DNA from: Minisyncoccota bacterium
GTDB lineage: Bacteria > Patescibacteriota > Minisyncoccia > Phycocordibacterales > JBAYGS01
Reading direction: 5' to 3'
Assembly: GCA_041666545.1 (NCBI GenBank)
Contig: JBAYGS010000005.1
Span: 18,842 to 82,841, forward strand
DNA length: 64,000 nt
The notes under the pieces are model-generated. The model searched no databases, was not told the origin of the DNA, and saw only the letters and a program-made list of their open reading frames with translations. A program made the translations under genes and the position numbers. The first letter of the stretch is position 1. Every line of letters starts with the position of its first letter. Of the stretch, positions 1-7,910 are shown piece after piece.

Positions 1-237
1 CGGAAGCCAGTTATAAAAACTCCCGAGGATCACTAAAATGTCGATGTCAAAATTACCGCCTTGCTTGGGCTGGATGCGCGTCTGACGTTGCAATGAACCA
101 ATCAGCTTTGTATTTACTGTGCCCATGTTGTTTTCGATAACGCTACGTACCGCATTGTGGCGTTGCTGAATAAGCACATTAAAAGTGTCGTTCAACTCGA
201 GGTTTGTTTTTAGCTTTTGGAATGCTTCAGCGATCAT
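1..237 (-). CDS. cGAS/DncV-like (SMODS/CD-NTase) nucleotidyltransferase, N-terminal 79 aa, continues beyond window left edge
   Basis: Manual translation (not in ORF track): MIAEAFQKLKTNLELNDTFNVLIQQRHNAVRSVIENNMGTVNTKLIGSLQRQTRIQPKQGGNFDIDILVILGSFYNWLP; carries the hGS-x4-T-x-I-x-P...DIDI pol-beta superfamily motif typical of CD-NTases. Confidence 0.75.
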   Translation of the reverse strand, partial: MIAEAFQKLKTNLELNDTFNVLIQQRHNAVRSVIENNMGTVNTKLIGSLQRQTRIQPKQGGNFDIDILVILGSFYNWLP

Positions 238-248
238 AATATGAACAC

Positions 249-296
249 ATTCTACTCCTCGAGGTATTGTAATGTCAATCAAAGTAAAGTATGATT
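249..296. promoter_or_regulatory. Overlapping divergent sigma70 promoters for the NTase (-) and the HTH gene (+)
   Basis: Minus: TTGACA(278-273)-N18-TAGAAT(254-249); plus: TTGTAA-N17-TATGAT ending at about 296. Confidence 0.55.
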
Positions 297-312
297 TAGA
301 GACACAAAAGCC

Positions 313-495
313 ATGAAAAAAGAACCGCAAGCATACTACACGCCAATGGAATTAGCCGAACTCCTGTCGGTCAATGTTATGACTATTTACCGGTACATCA
401 AGGCCGGCCGGCTGGCTGCTCACAAGATCGGCAAAGAGTACCGGATTGATCGCACTGAGTTTGAGAGGTTTATGACGAAAACAAAGACAAAATAA
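313..495 (+). CDS. Excisionase-family (HTH_17-like) DNA-binding protein
   Basis: YTPMELAELLSVNVMTIYRYIKAGRLAAHKIGKEYRI pattern. Confidence 0.85.
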   Translation: MKKEPQAYYTPMELAELLSVNVMTIYRYIKAGRLAAHKIGKEYRIDRTEFERFMTKTKTK

Positions 496-535
496 ATTTT
501 ATGAACGAAGCATATTCACGCGTCATTATCGATAA

Positions 536-1540
536 GAAGCTCTAGAGGGTTATGCTTCGGGAAGATTTATGGAACAAGAAGATGTCAGAAAGTTTCTAGA
601 AGCAAGAGATATTCAAGAGGGTAAGCCGGTTTATCTTGAGTACGTGAAAAGAATGCTCACAAGACTATTTTATGCGGGTTATATCGAATATATACCCTGG
701 GAGGTTGGTAGGCGAAGAGCACAACACGAAGCCCTGATTGATTTGGTGACATATGAAAAAATACAGGAAAAACTAAAAGGTAGAACGACGACACATACAA
801 AAAATATCCTGAATGAAGACTTTCCACTTCGGAGTTTTGTCCTATGTTGTGTTTGTAAAAAGCCAGTTACCGCGAGTTGGAGTAGAGGTAGTAATGGAAA
901 GTTTCCTTATTACAGATGTAAAACAAAAGGTTGTGCAGAACATAATAAAAGTATTAGAAAAAAGGATATTGAGAGTGAGTTCGAAACTATTCTCGGAAGA
1001 ATAAAACCAAGCGAGCAAGTCTTGAATTTAACCAAGGCAATTGTTACTGACGTGTGGCGCAAGAAAGAAGCTGAAGGTGTTAATCAAAGGTTGGAGGTCG
1101 AAAGAGAGATAGGTAAGATTAAAGATGACAAGGAAAGATTTGTTCAGTTAGTTTCAAGGGCTACTAATGAAAATGTCGTAGCTTCTTACGAACAGAAAAT
1201 CGGTGCTCTTGTTGAAAGTGAGGTAGTTCTAAGAAATTCCTTGATGTCTATGGCTGAACATAAACCAAACATTGAAACTGCTTTAGATATTGTTTTTGAT
1301 TTTCTTAAAAACCCCTTAAAACAATGGCAGAAGGGTAGCATTCATACCAAGAAGTTGGTTTTAAAGTTGGTTTTTGAGCAGAATTTGGCCTACAACAAAA
1401 ATAGCGGGTTTGAAACCGCTATTTTGTCGCTCCCCTTAAGGGTATTTACCCTCCCAGAGGTTCAAAAATCGTCACTAGTGGAGATGGTGGGAGTTGAACC
1501 CACGTGCAAAGAGGATAGAAAGACGGATCTACAAGCTTAG
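536..1540 (+). pseudogene. Large serine recombinase lacking the N-terminal catalytic (resolvase) domain
   Basis: Recombinase domain (YAG...HEALI), Zn ribbon (FPLR..CxxC..YYRC...C) and coiled coil present; homologous frame opens at 536 (EALEGYASGRF) directly after an in-frame TAA at 533-535; first ATG at 569. Confidence 0.75.
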
Positions 1541-1859
1541 CTTGTTTGATATTCCACAGACTACATAACAAGCAACATGCCTGTGGCTTTATTCCTAATT
1601 TTCGAACCTAAGGCGGAACGAGCTTAGATTCTATTCCGAATTTATGACACCAAATTTGCCGTATCGGACATCTGGCAGTTGGCGCCGCTTACGATCGAAC
1701 GTAAGCGAAAGCGAAATCCTGTGCTCCGAAAAACGGAGAAACTACAGACTTAGCCTTTGATAGTGCAGTTTTTGCAGTTATCTTTGAGACAGATTAAAGA
1801 GTTATCTCGGCTCTGCTTGCGCGGCTTAATATCTTTCTTCGTCAAAGCCGGTCATCCCC
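1479..1859 (-). ncRNA. ssrA: tmRNA
   Basis: 5' GGGGAUG pairs with 3' CAUCUCC-A (G3.U pair), T-arm GUGGGUUCAACUCCCAC, resume context AUAACU-GCA, tag ORF 1775-1689, adjacent to smpB. Confidence 0.95.
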
Positions 1860-1865
1860 ATATTA

Positions 1866-1956
1866 GTTATAAGTTTTAAAGTTCGCTCGCCGACTCGCTT
1901 AAAGTTTTAAAGTCTTAACTTCAAAACTTCCAAACTTCCAAACTGAAGCGGAGCGC
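1866..1956. repeat. Inverted pair of 8-mer arms (AAGTTT/AAACTT family)
   Basis: aagttttaaagtt...aaagtcttaacttcaaaacttccaaacttccaaactgaagcggagcg; same centre and tail as 27976-28051. Confidence 0.7.
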
Positions 1957-1962
1957 ACCTTC

Positions 1963-2409
1963 TCAACTATTTTTCAAGGTTCGTCTGATTTCTCGCTCGC
2001 CTTCGCGCTTCTTGATTGTCTCGCGCTTGTCGAATTTCTTTTTACCGCGGACCACCGCAATTTCGAGTTTAATCAGGTTCTTACTATTATACACCGAAAG
2101 TGGCACGATTGTCAAACCCTTCTTACTCTCCTTCCCCAAAAGCTCGGCAATCTCTTTTTTCGTGAGCAAAAGCCGGCGGTTTCGGCGTGAATCGTAATCT
2201 TTCGGGGTGTTATTAATCTGATACGGCGGAATATGTGCACCGATGAGATAGGCTTCACCGCCCCTAATTGTAATATGCGAACCTTCAAGCGAGCCTTGGC
2301 CACTACGCAAAGATTTCACTTCCAAACCTAAAAGCTCCATCCCGGCATTGTATTTATCCAGAACTTCATAATTAAAGTGGGCTTTTCGATTTTCGATTAG
2401 ATTTGCCAT
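1963..2409 (-). CDS. smpB: SsrA-binding protein SmpB
   Basis: NRKAHFNY...G.EVKSLR...RRLLL.KKEI...GKKKFDKRETIK. Confidence 0.98.
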   Translation of the reverse strand: MANLIENRKAHFNYEVLDKYNAGMELLGLEVKSLRSGQGSLEGSHITIRGGEAYLIGAHIPPYQINNTPKDYDSRRNRRLLLTKKEIAELLGKESKKGLTIVPLSVYNSKNLIKLEIAVVRGKKKFDKRETIKKREGEREIRRTLKNS

Positions 2410-2500
2410 ATTTGACCAAATAACCCCACTATGTTATCATATTTTTAGAAAGAAGTACTAATTCTGTAGTTCGACAATTCAACTTCAAAAGAAGGGCTGT

Positions 2501-2956
2501 ATGGACAACCTACTCTACTATATCGGGAATGACCAATTTTGGGTCGGCTTGTTTATCGGGGTGCTCACAATCCTTTTTCTGTCTCTTTTCGCCCCGCATC
2601 TTTTTCGGGTGTTGAGCCGGAAATGTTCCGTCTGTGACCACACCGTTTTGAAACGGCCCCGCCGAGTATTCCGGATCAAAGACCGCCCCGGTTGGTACGG
2701 CAACTTCATCTTCAAAAATTGTGAGCGGTGCCACCACATCTCCGGCATCTCCTATGATCGGCCGATGAGCAACTACCGAATTTGGTGGATAAGCTTTTGG
2801 GAGCCGGAAGTGTTTCGTTATGGCGACGACGAGAAGAAGCTTTTCCGGAACGCCGGGCTGGTCCTCCCGAGCAATTTTGAAGTCATCCAGCCGATAGCCA
2901 GACAGCCACGCTTTGTGGCCAAACTGGCCTCGGTCTGCCACGCCCTGTCGTGGTAA
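2501..2956 (+). CDS. Hypothetical membrane-anchored protein with two CxxC motifs
   Basis: N-terminal TM helix, CSVC...CERC; own TTGACC-N17-TATCAT promoter, GAAGGG RBS, terminator at about 2971-3000. Confidence 0.65.
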   Translation: MDNLLYYIGNDQFWVGLFIGVLTILFLSLFAPHLFRVLSRKCSVCDHTVLKRPRRVFRIKDRPGWYGNFIFKNCERCHHISGISYDRPMSNYRIWWISFWEPEVFRYGDDEKKLFRNAGLVLPSNFEVIQPIARQPRFVAKLASVCHALSW

Positions 2957-3050
2957 TCAGTTTCAATCAAACCCCCAAGCGCAAGCGCGGGGGTTTTCTT
3001 TTGACATCCGAGACAGAAGGAGTAGTATCAAAAACAGAAAGGGCTTCATT

Positions 3051-3392
3051 ATGAGTAAATTCAGTGGCATAAATCCGGAACAATTCTTTGATGTTGCAGA
3101 GAAAGTAGCGAGAATCGTGGCCGCCAATAAAGGCCTCGCGGTGTGGCGAGGACGCTGTGCTGGCTTCTTCCAACCAAGACCAGACGAGGCGGAGTGCCTA
3201 CTTGTCGGCCTCCCCGACGAACAGACCCCTCCGCCCAAGTCCTCTGTCGGACTCGCCGTCACCTTCGGCCACAGTGGCAGTATGGAACTGACAGCCACGG
3301 GTTTCTATGAGTTTGTGCCATTCGGTGGTGGCTGGCACCCCTTGGCCGAACTTGAAAAAAAGCTGGAGGAGCTCCCGAACTTTTTAACCTGA
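3051..3392 (+). CDS. Hypothetical protein
   Basis: Start moved to ATG 3051 (MSKFSG) after TTGACA-N16-TAGTAT and GAAAGGG; terminator 3403-3427. Confidence 0.65.
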   Translation: MSKFSGINPEQFFDVAEKVARIVAANKGLAVWRGRCAGFFQPRPDEAECLLVGLPDEQTPPPKSSVGLAVTFGHSGSMELTATGFYEFVPFGGGWHPLAELEKKLEELPNFLT

Positions 3393-3481
3393 TCCAAATC
3401 ACAAATCCCCGATTTCGGGGATTTTTCTTTGACAGAAAGACATGGGAGCGTAGTATATGAACCGGAAAGGAAACTCGTCTC

Positions 3482-3820
3482 ATGAAAAGAATCGAGGCCG
3501 TAATTCAACCGCACACTTTGGATGATGTGAGAAAGGCGCTCATCGCAATCGGCGTGGAAGGCATGACGGTTTTTGAGGCCAAAGGCTTCGGCCGACAACA
3601 CGGCCACACCGAAATCTATCGGGGTAGTGAATACGATTACCATTTCGTGCCGAAAATTTATATCTTGTTGATGGTCAAAAAGTCCCAAGTGAAACAGGTG
3701 GTCGCGACTATTCGCGAAGCAGCCAACACCAAAAAAATCGGCGCCGGCAAAATCTTCGTCTCTCCCCTCGAGGACGCGATCCGAATTCGCACCAACGAAG
3801 ACGGTGAAGGGGCTCTTTAG
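3482..3820 (+). CDS. glnB: P-II family signal transduction protein (GlnB/GlnK-like)
   Basis: GFGRQ.GHTEIYRGSEY T-loop, K58, G.GKIF, RIRT; 112 aa. Confidence 0.92.
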   Translation: MKRIEAVIQPHTLDDVRKALIAIGVEGMTVFEAKGFGRQHGHTEIYRGSEYDYHFVPKIYILLMVKKSQVKQVVATIREAANTKKIGAGKIFVSPLEDAIRIRTNEDGEGAL

Positions 3821-3832
3821 AAAGGAAACCTC

Positions 3833-4420
3833 ATGACTGCCGAAAAACTGCTTGAGACAATCGAAATCTATCAGAATTTTTTTGTCGAGTCGGGTTTCAA
3901 AAAGGCCGGGCAACTGCACGACGAGCTCCCGGCCTTCCCACAGGTGAGGACGGCGGAGGCGCCATTTAGAGAGGAAGGAGCGATTCCTGAAGAACTACTT
4001 GAGGCAATCGAAACCTACCGGAAATTCTTCGTCGAATCAGGCTTCAAGAAAACTGAACACCTGCACGACGAACTTCTAACCAGCGACCAGTCCGGGTTCG
4101 AACACTGCCACGGAATGCTGGACCGAATGGTCAAGTTTGTTCAAGAAGGGCGGTTGGAAAAAGCTTTTCGCTGGCTCGGCTTTATCCAAGGTTTCCTCTG
4201 GTCAAGGCGAGTTTTCGCCCTAGCCGAACACAATGACAAGGCCGGATTTGAGCACTGCCACGGCATGCTGGACCCAATGGTTAGATTCGTTCATGAAGGA
4301 AGGTTGGAAAAAACTTTCCGTTGGCTTGGCTTTATCCAGGGTTTCCTCTGGGCCCATCGGATCTACACCTTGGCCGAAATCAAAGACCATAATCGGTCCA
4401 AAGGTCTGCTTGACCCTTAG
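3833..4420 (+). CDS. Hypothetical protein with two internal duplications (A-A'-B-B')
   Basis: LLE.IE.Y..FFVESGFKK...LHDEL twice; GFEHCHGMLD.MV.FV.EGRLEK.FRWLGFIQGFLW twice. Confidence 0.75.
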   Translation: MTAEKLLETIEIYQNFFVESGFKKAGQLHDELPAFPQVRTAEAPFREEGAIPEELLEAIETYRKFFVESGFKKTEHLHDELLTSDQSGFEHCHGMLDRMVKFVQEGRLEKAFRWLGFIQGFLWSRRVFALAEHNDKAGFEHCHGMLDPMVRFVHEGRLEKTFRWLGFIQGFLWAHRIYTLAEIKDHNRSKGLLDP

Positions 4421-4479
4421 GCAAAGTAAAACCCCTCACCTGCATGCAGGGAGGGGTATTTTCTTGTCCGAAAGAAACG

Positions 4480-4935
4480 CTAGGTGCGCTCTTCGGAGTG
4501 ACGACAATCCGGATTGGTGCATTCGTAATAATGAACTCTCGAACCGCAACCGGGCGAAATGCCACCAGATTTCATCGGAGCCCAACAGACTGCACAAATT
4601 TGAGTAGGACCAGCGAGTGGCTTGGTCACAATCAGCTTACAGTGTTTACACACCTTGGCAGTCAAGACGGACTCGCCAGGCTTCCGAACCCGATGTTCCA
4701 GAAACTGGTGACAGCACTTGCTTTGGATCTCGTGGATCAACTTGAAGATTCGGTGCCAGCGGAGAAACAAACTTTCGGCGGTCCCCCGCAGGAGATCGAG
4801 CTCGCCGCGAATTTGCGAATCAGTCGGAAAATTTTCCGGACCGAGAAAGGCGCGGGTTTGTTCCAACGATTGGAAGTAGGCCCAGACCCATTTAAGTCGT
4901 TCCAGCTGTTCTTCGGAAATTTCAGTTTCATTCAT
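4480..4935 (-). CDS. Hypothetical protein with Cys-rich (Zn-binding-like) C-terminus
   Basis: CKHC, CAVC, CTNPDC; TTGACG-N16-TACTCT promoter, GAAAGG RBS; shared terminator 4428-4462. Confidence 0.65.
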   Translation of the reverse strand: MNETEISEEQLERLKWVWAYFQSLEQTRAFLGPENFPTDSQIRGELDLLRGTAESLFLRWHRIFKLIHEIQSKCCHQFLEHRVRKPGESVLTAKVCKHCKLIVTKPLAGPTQICAVCWAPMKSGGISPGCGSRVHYYECTNPDCRHSEERT

Positions 4936-5044
4936 GTAAAAAACCTTTCCGCTATAAGAGTACTCCGACTGGCCACAGCGTCAAGCCCTTAGCTTGAAAA
5001 AACTGAGGGTGCATGCTAAACTGAATCCCTAATAAAAATCTCAC

Positions 5045-5554
5045 TTGATTAAAGCCAGAATCAATCACCAAATCCGAGCCAGTGAACTTCGAGTTATCGG
5101 CCCCGAGGGCGAAAATTTAGGCGTCATTACCCTATCCGAAGCCATTAAGAAAGCTTCCGACCTCGGTTTAGACCTAATTGAAATTTCTCCAAACGCCAAT
5201 CCGCCAATCGGCAAGATTATGGATTTCGGAAAATACCAGTACGACGAGAAGAAAAAAGAAAAAGAGGCTAAATCACACGCCCACACCGTCGAAGTCAAAA
5301 CCATCCAAATTAAAATCGGTACTGGTGAACACGACCTTGGCCTGAAAGCCAAGAAAATTTCAGAGTGGCTGAAGGAAGGCAACCGAGTCAAAATCGAATT
5401 GTTCTTGATGGGCCGAGCCAAATATCTAGACAAAAAATTCTTGGAGGAGCGACTGGAAAGAGTACTTAAATTCGTCACTGAAGAGTACAAAATGACCGAA
5501 GCCCCCCAAAAAGGCCTAAAAGGCTTGTCGGTGATGATTGAGAAGAAAAAATAA
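5045..5554 (+). CDS. infC: Translation initiation factor IF-3
   Basis: RINHQIRA.ELRVI...LDLIEISPNA.PP..KIMDFGKYQY; start TTG 5045 or ATT 5048. Confidence 0.97.
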   Translation: MIKARINHQIRASELRVIGPEGENLGVITLSEAIKKASDLGLDLIEISPNANPPIGKIMDFGKYQYDEKKKEKEAKSHAHTVEVKTIQIKIGTGEHDLGLKAKKISEWLKEGNRVKIELFLMGRAKYLDKKFLEERLERVLKFVTEEYKMTEAPQKGLKGLSVMIEKKK

Positions 5555-5706
5555 TAATACCAATCAACTAATTCAACGCCAATCAACTAATGACGAATAG
5601 TAGAATTAGGATATTCGTAGATTGGAATAAGATTAGTAGATTAGTATTTCACATCTAGACTTTTTTAAGCCAATAGTGTAATATTCCAGTCTGTTATTAA
5701 ACCCGT

Positions 5707-5892
5707 ATGAAAACCAACAAGTCTTACAAAAAGCGGTTAAAAGTGACCAAAAGTGGTAAAATCTTGTCCCGAAAACAGGGCCAAAACCATTTTAATGCCA
5801 AGGAACGCCGAGGTCAGAAATCAACCAAAGGACGAATGTCGTCAGTCGTGATGAGCAACAAATCACGCTCTCGTTTCCTTTCCGGCATCTAA
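5707..5892 (+). CDS. rpmI: 50S ribosomal protein L35
   Basis: MKTNKS..KR.KVTKSGKI...NH; between infC and rplT. Confidence 0.95.
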   Translation: MKTNKSYKKRLKVTKSGKILSRKQGQNHFNAKERRGQKSTKGRMSSVVMSNKSRSRFLSGI

Positions 5893-5936
5893 TTTTCCCC
5901 ACTACCCACTACTTACTACTAACTACTAACTAATTC

Positions 5937-6281
5937 ATGACCCGAGTTAAAAAAGCCGTAAACGCTCTAAAATACCGCCGAAACCTTTTGAAGATGACAA
6001 AGGGTTTTCGTTTTCGACGATCCAAGACTGAGCGAGCCGCTCAAGACGCCATCCTCCACGCCGGCGCCTACGCCTTCGCCCACCGACGAGACAAGAAGGG
6101 TGATTTCCGAAGACTTTGGAACATCAAGATTGGCGCCCAAGCTAAAACTCTCGGTACCTCCTACAGCAAATTTATCGGGGCTTTGAAAAAGAAAAATATC
6201 GCTTTGGATAGAAAAATTCTCGCCACCCTGGCCGAGTTTAAGCCGGAGACCTTCAAGAGAGTCGTGGAACAGAGCAAATAG
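5937..6281 (+). CDS. rplT: 50S ribosomal protein L20
   Basis: MTRVK...KGF...AHRRDKKGDFRRLW...LDRKILA. Confidence 0.97.
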   Translation: MTRVKKAVNALKYRRNLLKMTKGFRFRRSKTERAAQDAILHAGAYAFAHRRDKKGDFRRLWNIKIGAQAKTLGTSYSKFIGALKKKNIALDRKILATLAEFKPETFKRVVEQSK

Positions 6282-6480
6282 AATTTGGATTCAAGATTCA
6301 TGATTCAGGAATAAGCACCAAAAGACCGCTCGGAAGCGGTTTTTTGGTGCGCTCCGTTTTATCTTGACAAGACTAACTAAATGTGTATTTCTGGGACAGA
6401 ACCGTAAGCCTAAAAATAGGCTTTGAAAACAAAGGCCCTAAAGCAGGTCTGACCTGCTCGGGCAAGAAAGTGAGCAAAAA

Positions 6481-7851
6481 ATGCAAACTGAAGCACCAGC
6501 AAAACCGGTACAAACCGGCATGAAGATTGTCTTAAACGGCGGAGGCACCAGAATGGACTCGGCCACCATACCAATCCAGTGGGGCTTTTCCGAAGCTGTC
6601 GCCAAACGCAAGCCGACTCACCTACTCATCATTGAGCAGACCGAGTACGAGGCAAAGTGCGAGGAAAAGACATTTCGGGGAGATTCGGGACGTCGAAGAA
6701 TTGTCCCAGTCTCAAGGGTGATTGAGTACCTCCAGATTTATTCGCCCGGCAAACACCGAATTGCCGTCGTCGCTCTGTCGAACAGCCAGGAAGAAAATTC
6801 CTACGACCCGCCTGAAAAGCAGGCGGCGATATTCCGACAAAATTTGGAAGGCCTGCTCGTAACATGCAGAAACAGTTATGAATACCGCACCAGTCTTACC
6901 TGGCGAGCGATTCTCGAGCTAGCAAACGATGACAGCAAGAGCGAATGGATCTGTGTCGGCGCCGCAGTCGCGGAAATTGAAGTCCCGGAAAATCTCTTCG
7001 CCAAGGTGAGTGAGAATCCGGTCATGAAATTTCTCTACCGGTGCGCCAACCGTTGGTGCTCAAAGGGCCCGCGTGACCAATGTGAATATCGCAAGCGCCT
7101 TTTGTTTTACGCCTTACCGAAAACCCTCATCTGGCTTATCGGCTGGGCCTTCAGTCTCACGGTCGGGACAATTGTGTCTGCAGTTGCGATAAGTCTCCGC
7201 CTACTCGTCCTCTATCTCGGCTGGAGACCGGCCGGAATTTTGGAGAATATCTCAATGTTCTTCTCGAGGCCGATCCTCGATTGGACATTGGGAGATATGA
7301 ACATCAATCGGGGCGATAACTACAAATATCGTGTCTGGGAAGTCGACACGAGTTATCCGTACAAAGTTCAGGCTACGATGCCGGTAACCGGGATCGAGGC
7401 AACCTTGATACTGCTCGCTGGCTTAATAAGCTGGAACATCTTGCGGAATGTTGAGATGTCTCATGTCACCAGGAGCTTCAATCTAAGTTTTGCCACAATT
7501 TTCGTTGTGGCATTCCTGGCCATCATGATCTGGCGGTTTGTGCCAGTAATGCCGGGTTGGGATAAGTTGGGCCGTTGGTACCGAAAATACCGACAAGACC
7601 GCTTGACCATCAAGACCCTACAGAAGGAACAGAAGAAAAAGGCCGCTCAAGAGGCTGCCAAGATGGAACTGGCCAAACCTGATCCTTACACCAACTGGCT
7701 GATGAAAGAGATGTCTCTTAAATCGGTGCCAGCCAAGGTTGACACCAGTCACCTGCCAAAACCGCTGACCATCACTGGCCAAGCGAGCAAGGTGGTGCGT
7801 GTCACCTTCTGGGGCGCCAAAACTCGGGTGTGCAAACCTTACGCGAGGTAG
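6481..7851 (+). CDS. Hypothetical multi-pass membrane protein (456 aa)
   Basis: Long ORF with about 4 hydrophobic segments; own TTGACA promoter near 6364 and terminator 7875-7895. Confidence 0.75.
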   Translation: MQTEAPAKPVQTGMKIVLNGGGTRMDSATIPIQWGFSEAVAKRKPTHLLIIEQTEYEAKCEEKTFRGDSGRRRIVPVSRVIEYLQIYSPGKHRIAVVALSNSQEENSYDPPEKQAAIFRQNLEGLLVTCRNSYEYRTSLTWRAILELANDDSKSEWICVGAAVAEIEVPENLFAKVSENPVMKFLYRCANRWCSKGPRDQCEYRKRLLFYALPKTLIWLIGWAFSLTVGTIVSAVAISLRLLVLYLGWRPAGILENISMFFSRPILDWTLGDMNINRGDNYKYRVWEVDTSYPYKVQATMPVTGIEATLILLAGLISWNILRNVEMSHVTRSFNLSFATIFVVAFLAIMIWRFVPVMPGWDKLGRWYRKYRQDRLTIKTLQKEQKKKAAQEAAKMELAKPDPYTNWLMKEMSLKSVPAKVDTSHLPKPLTITGQASKVVRVTFWGAKTRVCKPYAR

Positions 7852-7910
7852 GCACTCAAGGTTCTTCAAAGACCAACGGCGGAAGCTTCGCTTCCGCCGT
7901 TTTTTAATTC

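Larger units (their letters stand above)
1..1500. mobile_element. Terminal part of a genomic island integrated at the ssrA 3' end
   Basis: Recombinase converges on and runs into the tmRNA 3' end; excisionase-like and defence-like genes; AT-richer than flanks; the other att site is outside the window. Confidence 0.7.

Noticed and set aside
1476-1510. tRNA-like T-arm and acceptor sequence
   Set aside because: It is the tRNA-like domain of tmRNA, pairing with 1853-1859; no anticodon arm
1963-1965. Alternative genetic code 25 (TGA = Gly)
   Set aside because: TGA terminates smpB, ndk and pgk at expected positions, and conserved ORFs have no internal TGA
3833-4420. Possible DGR template/variable repeat pair, given an Avd-like gene in the window
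   Set aside because: Both copies are coding, differences are not adenine-specific, and there is no reverse transcriptase in the window
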